Source: Spirochaetota bacterium (GTDB taxonomy: Bacteria > Spirochaetota > UBA4802 > UBA5550). From it: DNA of 64,000 bases. The number at the start of each line of letters is the position of its first letter. The first letter of the stretch is position 1. Positions 9,895-19,793 of the stretch are shown here, one piece after another. The stretch covers positions 66,024-130,023 of the forward strand of contig JBNKTL010000007.1 in assembly GCA_050298055.1 (NCBI GenBank), given 5' to 3'. A program made the position numbers and the translations under genes. The notes under the pieces were generated by a model, which was given only the letters and a program-made list of their open reading frames with translations, made no database searches and was not told the DNA's origin.

Positions 9895-10025
9895 TGTTGC
9901 TTCTCCTGTATAATATTATTTTTATAATCATGTATACTTTTTAAGTATACTCAAAATTGTCAATGCAATATTCTGGTGTATATTATGAGGAGGAAATGGT
10001 TCATTGAACAATGAAAAAAATCCTA

Positions 10026-10053
10026 ATGAGACATAATATATCTTATCGGAAGT
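10026..10053 (-). other. dif-like XerC/XerD recombination site
   Basis: Minus strand ACTTCCGATAA-GATATA-TTATGTCTCAT, 11-6-11 layout close to Bacillus dif ACTTCCTAGAA-TATATA-TTATGTAAACT. Confidence 0.65.
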
Positions 10054-10166
10054 TGTATATTGCATCAAGCCCCCAAATAAATTTTTCATCTTTAAATCAT
10101 TGACAGATTATACCATAAAAAATCATTTTATTAATATTATTAAAAAATATTAATTTCTGTAATATT

Positions 10167-11780
10167 ATGAATTATAAGTATGAACTCATTCTTTCCCTGA
10201 TTTTATCTGGATTTATCACATTATCGCTTTTCTTTTATGCAACCCAAAGGATCCGTGCTGCAGGTTCAATGGCTTATATGTTATTAATGCTTTCCGGAAC
10301 CATATACTCTTTCGGTTATGCTTTTGAATTGTACAATACCACTATCGAAGGAATTTATACCGCCTTAAAGATAGAGTACCTGGGTATTACACCCCTTTCG
10401 GTTTTCTGGTTTATTCTCGCCCTTCACTACCGGGGATATAATGACAGGCTGAAACCATATATGTATGTTCTCCTTTTTATTATACCGGTTGCAACGATAA
10501 TAATGCTCTATACCAATCACTACCATCATCTTCACTATCTTTCATTAACCCTTGATCTGTCAGGACCTTTTCCCCTTGCGGATATAAAAAAAGGGGCCTG
10601 GTATTATATAGATTACGCCTATAAGAATATTATGATACTGGGAGGAAATCTTCTTTTTTTCCGAATGATGATAAAAATGACCGGAACCCTGCGTCTGCAG
10701 GCGACAACAATGTTTTTTGCATCCCTCATCCCCTGGGGAGGAAATATTATGTATATGGCAGGAATCACTCCCAAAGGTATAGATATTAATCCATTTTTTC
10801 TTGCCTTTACGGGACCTCTTTTTGCCCTGGCACTTTTTCGTTTTAAGATGTTCCACATTATACCTATAGCCAGGGACAGAGTATTTGAGGATATGAAAGA
10901 CCCTGTGATCGTAATCGATATGACCGGAAAAGTAGCTGATTATAACAATGCAGCCGAACTCCTTTTCCCGCGGCTTTCCGGATCAAAGGGAGAAATACTT
11001 AAAACAGTCCTCTATGATCATACTGAAATAATAGCACTCTCCGGATCATTAATGAATAAAATCATCGATATCGAAATAACCGTAAAAAATGAGACGTTTT
11101 ACTACAATTTAACAGCTGTTCCCTTACGATCCCGCAGGGGAAAAACCATCGGAAAGATCATTGCGTTAAACGATATAACCACACAGAAGAAGCTGCTGAA
11201 ATCTCTTGAGGAACTGGCAGCTATTGACGAATTAACAGGTCTGTACAACCGGCGGCATTTCATGATGACGAGCAAAAAAGAGATAACAAGAGCAAAAAGG
11301 TATCGTCGTCCTCTGTCAATCCATATTATTGATCTCGATTTTTTTAAAAATATAAACGATACATACGGGCATCAGGCAGGTGATAAGATTTTAGTCGAAA
11401 CAGCGGTTGTCTTTAAAGATAATGTAAGGATCAGCGATACCCCCGGAAGATACGGAGGAGAGGAATTTGTGGTTCTCCTACCTGAAACCGACGCTCCGGG
11501 AGCAGAGACAATAGCATTGCGGATTAAGGATGAGATTGAAGCACTGCATGTTAACTATAAAAATAATATTCTCCGGATCACTGCCAGTATAGGGATTTCA
11601 TCTCTTGATTTCTCAAAAAATGACCTCAGTGAAGATCTTGACCAAGTTCTGAACAGGATGCTTGCAGAGGCGGACAAAGCCCTCTACCGGGCAAAACAGG
11701 GAGGGAGAAACCGTGTAGAATTGTTCTCACTGCCGAAAAATCCGGCAATCAATGATCTGGAACCATCCGGTAAAAATTAA
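10167..11780 (+). CDS. Diguanylate cyclase (HisKA_7TM-like membrane domain, PAS, GGDEF)
   Basis: Multi-TM N-terminus; DLDFFKNINDTYGHQAGD; RxxD I-site (RISD); GGEEF. Confidence 0.92.
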   Translation: MNYKYELILSLILSGFITLSLFFYATQRIRAAGSMAYMLLMLSGTIYSFGYAFELYNTTIEGIYTALKIEYLGITPLSVFWFILALHYRGYNDRLKPYMYVLLFIIPVATIIMLYTNHYHHLHYLSLTLDLSGPFPLADIKKGAWYYIDYAYKNIMILGGNLLFFRMMIKMTGTLRLQATTMFFASLIPWGGNIMYMAGITPKGIDINPFFLAFTGPLFALALFRFKMFHIIPIARDRVFEDMKDPVIVIDMTGKVADYNNAAELLFPRLSGSKGEILKTVLYDHTEIIALSGSLMNKIIDIEITVKNETFYYNLTAVPLRSRRGKTIGKIIALNDITTQKKLLKSLEELAAIDELTGLYNRRHFMMTSKKEITRAKRYRRPLSIHIIDLDFFKNINDTYGHQAGDKILVETAVVFKDNVRISDTPGRYGGEEFVVLLPETDAPGAETIALRIKDEIEALHVNYKNNILRITASIGISSLDFSKNDLSEDLDQVLNRMLAEADKALYRAKQGGRNRVELFSLPKNPAINDLEPSGKN

Positions 11781-11825
11781 GCATAATTGATGTCATGGCA
11801 GGTCAGCAGATAACCGGCAGCCACT

Positions 11826-12140
11826 TTATCCATGCTTGAATTTTGAAAGATATTCCCTGATAAAATATGTCATCCTGGCAAGCACCAGCCCGCTTATCAG
11901 AGTATCAAGGAGATATGGAAGCTTGATCCCCGTACCTCTGAAAATTGTAAGCAGCTTCACCTTGTAGCAGAGAACAAAAGCGAGTATAAGTATAAGTGCA
12001 TCCCTGGCGGCTTCAACAGGTGTTCTGTCGCTCAGTTTTTTCATGACAGACATTGAAAAAACCGCCATGACCGATGCTTCGAGGATTATCGCAATAATAA
12101 AAAGATAAAACACGTTCTGCAGCATCATTTCGCCGTTCAT
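11826..12140 (-). CDS. Small hypothetical membrane protein
   Basis: 104 aa ORF, about 3 hydrophobic segments, GGAG RBS. Confidence 0.6.
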   Translation of the reverse strand: MNGEMMLQNVFYLFIIAIILEASVMAVFSMSVMKKLSDRTPVEAARDALILILAFVLCYKVKLLTIFRGTGIKLPYLLDTLISGLVLARMTYFIREYLSKFKHG

Positions 12141-12213
12141 GTGCGCTCTCCTGTTTTGATATACTAAAATTTAAACATCTTTTTTAGAACATGTCAACCA
12201 GAAAACTTTCAGA

Positions 12214-12612
12214 TTACCAGAAATCTCTATGCTCCAGGTATTTTTCATAATCAAGCAAATCATCAAGCTGGTATTTGTCTTTAAGCTCAATTTCAAATAA
12301 CCAGCCCTCTCCATAAGGGTCGCTGTTGATTAATCCGGGTGTCATAAACAGATCATGGTTTATCCTGACAATTCTGCCCGATACAGGTGACCGCATATAA
12401 TAGATATCGAGATGTGATTCAAGAATTGCTATTTTTTCCTCCCGGTCAACTTCCCTGTTGACCTGCGGCAGATCAACAAAAAGGACCTGGGAAAAGCTTT
12501 CAAGCATCTCTGATGTTATCCCGCAGAGAGAGTTGAAATCATCAACCATCCTGAGCCAGACATGTTCCCGGGTAAAGAATCTGTTTTCCTTTTCATCCGG
12601 CAAATCCGGCAC
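12214..12612 (-). CDS. Glycine cleavage H-like protein lacking the lipoyl-lysine
   Basis: FTREHVW, GIT, FVDLP, SPVSG, INSDPYGEGW; ESHL in place of ESVK. Confidence 0.8.
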   Translation of the reverse strand: MPDLPDEKENRFFTREHVWLRMVDDFNSLCGITSEMLESFSQVLFVDLPQVNREVDREEKIAILESHLDIYYMRSPVSGRIVRINHDLFMTPGLINSDPYGEGWLFEIELKDKYQLDDLLDYEKYLEHRDFW

Positions 12613-12614
12613 TT

Positions 12615-13058
12615 TTATCTCTTTTCCACTGCTTTAATATGGTTAACCAGCGCCTTGAGCCCCAGGAGATAAGAATATGAGGAGAATCCTGATATCTGGC
12701 CGATTGATACAGGCGCGATATAGGATATCTTCCTGAAATCTTCCCTGGCATGAATATTTGAGAGGTGGACTTCCACAACAGGAAGTGAAACTGCGGATAT
12801 TGCGTCCCTGATGGATATTGACGAGTGTGTCAGTGCTGCCGGATTTATGATCATTCCCCGGGCGTCACGGTTTTTGTGGATAAAGTCAACGATTTCACCC
12901 TCACTGTTTGACTGGAAAAATACCAGGTTCACTTCCAGGGTTTTCGCTTCATCTGACAGGGACCTGTTTATCTCTTCCAGGGTAACGGTACCATATACTT
13001 CAGTTTCCCGTGTACCCAGGAGGTTTATATTAGGACCGTTTACAACAAGAATTTTCAT
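12615..13058 (-). CDS. aroQ: Type II 3-dehydroquinate dehydratase
   Basis: NGPNINLLGTRE..YG, QSNSEG, NPAALTH, EVHLSNIHARE.FR. Confidence 0.97.
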   Translation of the reverse strand: MKILVVNGPNINLLGTRETEVYGTVTLEEINRSLSDEAKTLEVNLVFFQSNSEGEIVDFIHKNRDARGMIINPAALTHSSISIRDAISAVSLPVVEVHLSNIHAREDFRKISYIAPVSIGQISGFSSYSYLLGLKALVNHIKAVEKR

Positions 13059-13064
13059 GAATAC

Positions 13065-15920
13065 CTACTCATCCATTTTTTGAACGGATGCATCTCTTTT
13101 ATATCCAAACCTCGCATAAAGATTAACTGCACGGTTATATGCAATTCTGTTCTCTTTGTTGAGAAGCACTTCATCCAGGAATTTTTTTGATTCATCCGGC
13201 CTGTTCTCTTCGTTTGAGATAATTGCCATGTTGATCAGAGTATCATAATATTGATCGGTTTTCTCCTTACTATTTTCAAGAAGCTTTTTAAAGAATTTTT
13301 TGGCGGAATCTCTGTTCCTGTTCACGAACAGGCTTATTCTGCCAAGAGAATAGAGAGATTCATACCTGTAAATATTATCTGAAAGCGAAAGCTTATAATA
13401 GAAATAGAATGACTTCCTGAAATTTTTTCTTCTGTAGTAGATCTTTGCGGAGAGGTAATTAATTTTGATATTATTTCCCCTGTATCTCTTAAGGTAAGCT
13501 GAAAAGAGGTTAAACTGCTTGATATCACCCTTTTCGAAGAAATACTCTACAAGAGCTGTCATTGCACTTTCACCATATTCGCTCCGGAGAAGGTGCATCC
13601 TCTCTCTCAATGCAAGTGAGAGGGCATCCTTCACCTGGTTGTTTTGCATATAGGATATGATAAGCAGGGAATTTTTCTGGTCGCGGTGTTCTCTCTTTTT
13701 TACATCAGAGAGCCTCTTTATTGCATCAGTATATCTCTTATTAATGATATAGAGCCTGGAGAGCTTTAACTTTGCAGGTTCTTCCCAGCTTGTTCCCGGA
13801 CACTCAATAATAATCCTGGAAAAGAACCCCGAGGACCTGTCGTATTCTTTTCTTTCCAGGTAATAGTTTCCAAAATGATAGAGGGCCTGTGAGTATAACT
13901 CCTTGTTGCTGCTGAGAACATGCGTGGCATGGGAAGCAATTTCAGGATCACCCGATTCAAGGGCACTGATAATAAATATAAGAAGGTCTTCCTTGTTATA
14001 GATGCTGAAATCACTGGTATACATGTCTTCATATACCTGCTTGTATTTTTTCAACCTGAAAAGACTCCTGTTGAGAATAAGCGGTATCTCTTCCCACTGG
14101 TTTTCATCAAGGGGCGGCCTTTTCCCTTTTCTTATAGCAGCAACAACATTCTCATATTGTTCAAGTCTGTAATATGAGAGGAGGATATTAAAATACGCGA
14201 TTCCCTTATCCCTTGAAAGATGACCTTTGAGATATCTTGTATAATATGAAATGGCTTCAGGGTACTCTTTTTTACCATATGCCCTGTTTCCGAGAAGCAG
14301 GGCTATTTTGAATCTCTCATCAGAATTTGGAAATGTTTTTGTAATGATCCTGAAATACCTGTCGGCATTCTTCCCCTGCTCGTAAAGGTAATACGCAAAG
14401 CTGAATATTGTTTTTTCTACACCCGGTTTTTTAATGTCCTGCCTGATAAGTCTTTCAGTATACCAGCGCGCGTTTTTCATGTCTTTAAGGTTTAAATAAC
14501 AATCCACAAGGAGGAGTTTTGCCCTGAAAGCGTTTTCACTATCTCTCCTTGCCAGGTATTTCTTCAGAAGCTCAACGGCTTTTTTATACCGGTCCTTTTT
14601 ATAGTTGACCAGCGCCAGGTAATAGTTGGATTCTCCGATATATTTTGAAAAAGGGTTTTCGCGCTGAAAGGTTTCAAACTGTTCAACGGCTTTACCCGTT
14701 TCACCCTTTTCCAGATAAATCCTTGCTTTGAGAAAATCAACTTCCTCTCTGTTTTTATCAAAGGGGTATCTCCTGATAAATTCATCAAATATCTTTTCTG
14801 ACTCACCAAACTTACCGGCATCCATATACGCCTTTCCCAGAAGAAGGAGTATGTTTTTATGTTCTTCGGGCACATTGATTGCCGCGGCGTCTTCAAGATA
14901 GGGTATTGCTTTTTCCGGGCTTTCTTTGAGATAGATATTGCTCAGATAGATGGAGGCCTTGACCCTGAGATGTCCATTCTTCGATTTTTTCCTGACCTCT
15001 TCAAGCAGCTTGATGCTGCTCTCCTCTTTCCCCTTTTCAATATATATTTTACTCAGTTCAAGATAGGCATTATAAAAAAGATCAGATTTTTTCCCGATTA
15101 TAATAAAGAGCTCAAGAAGCGGGATTGCAGAGTTTATCTTTTTCATTTCAAGATACGAAAGAGCTTTGTAAAACTGGGCTTCACTGTATGGATATTCTTT
15201 AATGAGGTCATCGGGTATCCCGTTAAAGATCAGGAGTGCTTTCCGGAAATTTTTCAGGGCCTGATAATTTCTCCCTATTATCATCCGGGCCCTTGCAATA
15301 ATTTTTTTATCCGATTTTGATGTGAGAAGCGGATTCAACTTATTAAGTGAATCCCTGTATTTCATATTAAGAAAATATGCTATTCCAATATTAAGAAGCC
15401 TTTCGGCATTGAGGTCTTTCTCCCTGCTTATTTTTATTGCCCTCTCCCACTCAATGATTGCTTCGTCATATCTCTTCTGGCTGTTATAAATAGTCCCTAT
15501 CCTGTCATGAGCCGCGGAGATGAGCCTGTCATTTTTACTGTTCGCGATATATCTCTTATATTCCTCTATTGCACTGTTATAGTTTTTGAGAAAAAATTGT
15601 GATTCACCGATCCAGTACCTCGATTCAATGCAGAGCCCGGAGGTTCTGCATTTTGTCAGGTAGCTGTTAAATTCAAATATTGCTGATTTAAACTTCTTCT
15701 GGTAGAAAATCGACCTTGCGAGAAGGAAATGTGCTTCATCCTTGTATTCTTCATCATCAGAATCGAGAATCTTCCTGAACAAAAGATCCGATGAACCGTA
15801 GTTCCCGGAGTTGAATGCCTCCTTACCCTGTTCATACAATACCTTGTTGTCATTTGCAGACCAGGCTGAACTACAGGGGAAAAGAAAAATAATAAATATA
15901 ACAGGTAATAGCTTTTTCAT
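13065..15920 (-). CDS. Large exported tetratricopeptide-repeat protein
   Basis: Signal peptide; many TPR-like helical repeats over 951 aa. Confidence 0.85.
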   Translation of the reverse strand: MKKLLPVIFIIFLFPCSSAWSANDNKVLYEQGKEAFNSGNYGSSDLLFRKILDSDDEEYKDEAHFLLARSIFYQKKFKSAIFEFNSYLTKCRTSGLCIESRYWIGESQFFLKNYNSAIEEYKRYIANSKNDRLISAAHDRIGTIYNSQKRYDEAIIEWERAIKISREKDLNAERLLNIGIAYFLNMKYRDSLNKLNPLLTSKSDKKIIARARMIIGRNYQALKNFRKALLIFNGIPDDLIKEYPYSEAQFYKALSYLEMKKINSAIPLLELFIIIGKKSDLFYNAYLELSKIYIEKGKEESSIKLLEEVRKKSKNGHLRVKASIYLSNIYLKESPEKAIPYLEDAAAINVPEEHKNILLLLGKAYMDAGKFGESEKIFDEFIRRYPFDKNREEVDFLKARIYLEKGETGKAVEQFETFQRENPFSKYIGESNYYLALVNYKKDRYKKAVELLKKYLARRDSENAFRAKLLLVDCYLNLKDMKNARWYTERLIRQDIKKPGVEKTIFSFAYYLYEQGKNADRYFRIITKTFPNSDERFKIALLLGNRAYGKKEYPEAISYYTRYLKGHLSRDKGIAYFNILLSYYRLEQYENVVAAIRKGKRPPLDENQWEEIPLILNRSLFRLKKYKQVYEDMYTSDFSIYNKEDLLIFIISALESGDPEIASHATHVLSSNKELYSQALYHFGNYYLERKEYDRSSGFFSRIIIECPGTSWEEPAKLKLSRLYIINKRYTDAIKRLSDVKKREHRDQKNSLLIISYMQNNQVKDALSLALRERMHLLRSEYGESAMTALVEYFFEKGDIKQFNLFSAYLKRYRGNNIKINYLSAKIYYRRKNFRKSFYFYYKLSLSDNIYRYESLYSLGRISLFVNRNRDSAKKFFKKLLENSKEKTDQYYDTLINMAIISNEENRPDESKKFLDEVLLNKENRIAYNRAVNLYARFGYKRDASVQKMDE

Positions 15921-15999
15921 ATGAACATTAGTAAGAATGTGTAATCAGCAACAATAATATATTCCTGATTTTTTTTAAAGGATAAAATCTCAATTATGT

Positions 16000-17229
16000 C
16001 TATTTTTTCTTGAGAAGATATCTTCTCATGTAATCGATGACATAGAGTGACGAATTGCTCCTGATCCTCTCCCTGTTGCCGGAAAACTGCCGGGTGACCG
16101 TAACAAGCCCCTCATCAAGGGCAAAACCAAAGCAGACTGTCCCTACGGGTTTCTCCCGGGAACCACCTTCCGGCCCGGCAATGCCTGTGACAGAAACAGC
16201 ATAGCTGCTTTTACACGCTTCCTTTATACCCCCGGCCATCTCCCCGGCAACTTCCTCACTTACGGCACCTTTTTTGTTGAGGGTTTCGTGGGAAACTTTC
16301 AGGAGATCATGCTTCATGCTGTTACTGTATGCTACAATACCGCCTTTGAAAACAGCAGAAGAGCCGGGGATATCGGTCAGTCTCCGGGAGATCATTCCCC
16401 CGGTACACGATTCAGCCACTGCAAGGGTGGAATTTCCCTTTTTCAGAAGGTCAACCAGTTCTTCTTCAGGTTTTTCATACGGGAAACCTATAAGATCCTT
16501 AGAAAAAAGATCCCGTACCTTTTCTTTTACCGAAATAAGTTTAAACCGCCTGCTCCTGTCTATGAGAGATACGGTAACAACCCCGTTCCGGGAAGTCAGG
16601 CCCCACTCCATATCACCTTTGGTTAACCCCAGCCTGTCCAGCCGGGCGTTGACTTCGGTTTCTTTGATCCCGGTTGTCCTGAAAACCAGGTGGTCCCCCT
16701 GTTGAAGGAGCCCTTTTTCAGACAGGTAGGGGATTACCACTTTATCAAGCATATCTGTCATCTCGGCCGGCACCCCGGGCAGAGCTATGATGCTGCAGTC
16801 TTCATGTGTCATGAGAAAACCGGGTGCCAGGCCGGTACTGTTTCCGAATACCACTGAGCCCTCCGGTACCGCCGCCATCTTCAGATCGCCCTTCTCCACT
16901 TTCATACCGTATTTCGCGAATCTCTCTCGTAACTTCTCTTCCGAGTCTTTATGTTGTATGATATTAAAACCGGTTATTTCCCGTAATGCATCTATTGTAT
17001 TATCATCACCGGTAGGGCCGAGACCTCCTGTTATAAACACAAAGTCAGATGATGAGATTGATTCCTCCAGGGAATTCACAAGGTCAGCAAGGTTGTCGCC
17101 TGTAACAATGACCCTTATGATCCTGAAGTTCGTTGCAAAAAATCTGAAGCTTATATAACCGCTGTTGGTATCACGGGTGGTCCCGTTAACAAGTTCATTC
17201 CCCGTGGAGATTACCGTTACCTGTTTCAT
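16000..17229 (-). CDS. cinA: CinA family protein (MoCF-binding domain + NMN deamidase PncC domain)
   Basis: GNEL..G...DTN, TGGLGPT.DD, LPGVP.EM, AESCTGG, GAVS, TGIAGP.GG. Confidence 0.93.
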   Translation of the reverse strand: MKQVTVISTGNELVNGTTRDTNSGYISFRFFATNFRIIRVIVTGDNLADLVNSLEESISSSDFVFITGGLGPTGDDNTIDALREITGFNIIQHKDSEEKLRERFAKYGMKVEKGDLKMAAVPEGSVVFGNSTGLAPGFLMTHEDCSIIALPGVPAEMTDMLDKVVIPYLSEKGLLQQGDHLVFRTTGIKETEVNARLDRLGLTKGDMEWGLTSRNGVVTVSLIDRSRRFKLISVKEKVRDLFSKDLIGFPYEKPEEELVDLLKKGNSTLAVAESCTGGMISRRLTDIPGSSAVFKGGIVAYSNSMKHDLLKVSHETLNKKGAVSEEVAGEMAGGIKEACKSSYAVSVTGIAGPEGGSREKPVGTVCFGFALDEGLVTVTRQFSGNRERIRSNSSLYVIDYMRRYLLKKK

Positions 17230-17253
17230 TATCTCCCTCCGGTCATATTGAGC

Positions 17254-18924
17254 TTACATCTGTTCCGGTGCTGAAACACCCAGGAGGTTAAGGCCATTAC
17301 GGAGGACTGTCCTGACACAGTCAGAGAGAAACATAAAGGTGTTGGACTTCTCATGGTTATCGGAAAGGACCCTGTGCTCGGTATAGAACTTATGGTATAG
17401 CTGTGCCAGCCTCATCAGGTAATTCGAGAGCCTGTGGGGTTCCATTGACTCCGCTGAACTGCTCACTTCTTCCGGGAATTTGACCATCATCTTCATCAGT
17501 TTTACAGATTCGGTATTGTTGAGGTACTCCCTGTTAAACGAACCGGAGTCGTAGCTGTACCCCTTTTTCACAGACTCCCTGAAGATTGAGCAGATCCTTG
17601 CATGGGCATACTGCAGGTAGAACACGGGATTCTCAGAGCTCTCCTTTTTGGCAAGGACCAGGTCAAAATCGAGGTGGCTTTCAAGAGACCTCATGATAAA
17701 AAAGTACCGCGCAACATCTGCTCCTATCTCATCCAGCAGGTCCTTCATGGTGGAGAAGTTCCCCAGCCTCTTTGACATCTTAACCGTTTCGCCCTCCTGG
17801 ACGAGGTTGACCTGCTGCGCGATGAGGATTTTAAAGCGGTTTTTATCGTAACCCATGAGGTCCATGGCACCTGAAAGCCGTGCTACATAGCCGTGGTGGT
17901 CCGGTCCCCATATATTAATAATCCGGTCATACTCCCGTGATGCTTTCTCCCTGTGATAAGCAATATCCGCAAGTAAGTATGTAGGCCTCCCGTCATCTCT
18001 TACGACCACCCTGTCCTTGTCATCTCCAAATTCCGTTGACTGGAAGATCTTTTTTCCTTCTCTGAGATAAACGGCTTTTTTTTCTTCGAGAAATGCAAGT
18101 GCCTCTTCGACTTTTCCTCCTTCATGGAGTGAACGCTCACTAAACCAGGTCGTGAAGTTCACATTAAAATCTTCAAGAGCCTGTTTCTGACCCATTACAT
18201 TATACTCAACGGCCTTCCGGGCAATATAGTCCAGAAGTTCATCCTCTGATTCGATGATGCTGTATTCATCTTTAAAATTATCAACGAGGTATGAGGCGAT
18301 ATCCTTTATATATTCCCCGTGATAACCATCCTCCGGAAAGTCCGGGTTTTCACCCTCCAGTTCCTTCATCCGGGCAAGAACGGACCTGCCAAGAAGCATA
18401 ACCTGGTTGCCGTAATCATTAATATAATATTCCCGGTCAACCCTGTCTCCTCCCGCTTCAAGGAGGTTGGCGATGGTATCGCCGATAGCCGCAGCCCGTG
18501 CGGACACGATATTCAGTGGGCCGGTGGGATTAGCGGAAACGAATTCGATGTTTATCCGTTCCGGTTTCTCTTTGACTGTTTTTCCGTAGTCTTTATCTTT
18601 TTTCAGAATATCCGGAAGCGAACCTGCTAAAGCATTGAAGGAGAAGGCAAAGTTAATAAAGCCCGGTTTTACTACTTCAACGTTTTCGATTTCCGAGTAT
18701 TGTATGGCATATTCCTTTATAATTTCGCCGGTTTCCATAGGTGATTTTCGGAGTATTTTTGCCGATTCCAGTGCGATGGAGCTGGAAGTGTCCCCAAACT
18801 TCTCATCCTTGGGATATTCAACTTTACAGGGGGGAAGCCCGTTCCCTGCGGGCAGCTTCCCCTCGGCCCGGGCTTTTTCTATGGATTCTGTAATGATGGT
18901 ATATGTTAACTCTTTAAGATTCAA
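17254..18924 (-). CDS. argS: Arginine--tRNA ligase
   Basis: EFVSANPTGPL, YINDYGNQ, GPDHHGY, KMSKR, YLQYAHARI; TTG start at 18924 with GAGGA RBS. Confidence 0.97.
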   Translation of the reverse strand: MNLKELTYTIITESIEKARAEGKLPAGNGLPPCKVEYPKDEKFGDTSSSIALESAKILRKSPMETGEIIKEYAIQYSEIENVEVVKPGFINFAFSFNALAGSLPDILKKDKDYGKTVKEKPERINIEFVSANPTGPLNIVSARAAAIGDTIANLLEAGGDRVDREYYINDYGNQVMLLGRSVLARMKELEGENPDFPEDGYHGEYIKDIASYLVDNFKDEYSIIESEDELLDYIARKAVEYNVMGQKQALEDFNVNFTTWFSERSLHEGGKVEEALAFLEEKKAVYLREGKKIFQSTEFGDDKDRVVVRDDGRPTYLLADIAYHREKASREYDRIINIWGPDHHGYVARLSGAMDLMGYDKNRFKILIAQQVNLVQEGETVKMSKRLGNFSTMKDLLDEIGADVARYFFIMRSLESHLDFDLVLAKKESSENPVFYLQYAHARICSIFRESVKKGYSYDSGSFNREYLNNTESVKLMKMMVKFPEEVSSSAESMEPHRLSNYLMRLAQLYHKFYTEHRVLSDNHEKSNTFMFLSDCVRTVLRNGLNLLGVSAPEQM

Positions 18925-19223
18925 TTTTAAGATCCTCGCAGGGCTGATATGGATAATTACGCTGTTTATTCTGTAAATACGATATAGGGTAAAATATATT
19001 ATCACTAAGTTTCAAAGCTTTTTTTTGTCAACAAAATATAGAGGTATTCTAAGCGGGGGTCATTGACGGCAAATCCCATGTTTCTGATATACTGAAACAT
19101 AAGCGTGAATTATCACTTTCCATGACCTGCGTTGAACGAGAAGCTGTCTTGATTCATGGAATATCATGTCGATGAAATTTCTGAAAATTCTAATATTGTT
19201 CTTTGAGAACCGTCATTTGATAT

Positions 19224-19549
19224 TCATTTAACAAATATTTCAATTTCACTGATACATGTTTCATTATATTTTGATCCCTTGAATACGTCTAAAATTTTTA
19301 TGTTTAATTCGTTTGCAAGAACAGGTTCTTTGAAAACTATATACTGTATTTTATAGGCATATGTCTTAACAAATTTTTTTGCCTTTTCCCGTGTATCAAT
19401 TCCATTTAAATGTATTTATTTTGCATAGGTTTAACAGATCCGCTTTGATATGCTATGACCGGAGTTCCATCACTAAATATATCACTTTTATTTATAAATA
19501 ATAATAAAAGAGATACCAGGATCAGAATATTTTTATTACTCACTTTCAT
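19224..19549 (-). pseudogene. Remnant of an exported protein gene (signal peptide plus C-terminal beta-domain fragment)
   Basis: MKVSNKNILILVSLLLLF..SDGTPVIAYQSGSVKPMQNKYI*ME, then in another frame KIQYIVFKEPV...IKILDVFKGSKYNETCISEIEIFVK*. Confidence 0.6.
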
Positions 19550-19793
19550 TTTATACTTTTTAAAAAAGCATTCCATTAATTATGGCAATTATGCTATGTA
19601 TGAAATTTGTTCTACATTGAGCATGTTGTTGAAAATTTTGTCAACGACAAACAAGGAACCATAATAATTGTTACGTTTGTGATCTTCGGGCTCATCCTGC
19701 AAAATTTCATACAAATAAAAATAATAGCTTGAAATAATAGACTCGGCCTATTAAAGTAATCACTAATAATTTTTAATCCCTCGAGAGGAAGAT

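Noticed and set aside
19092..19120. Further dif-like site (ctgaaacataa-gcgtgaa-ttatcac)
   Set aside because: The spacer is 7 bp and the arms match poorly.
19455..19664. 69 aa plus-strand ORF
   Set aside because: Antisense to the pseudogene signal-peptide region, low complexity, no RBS.
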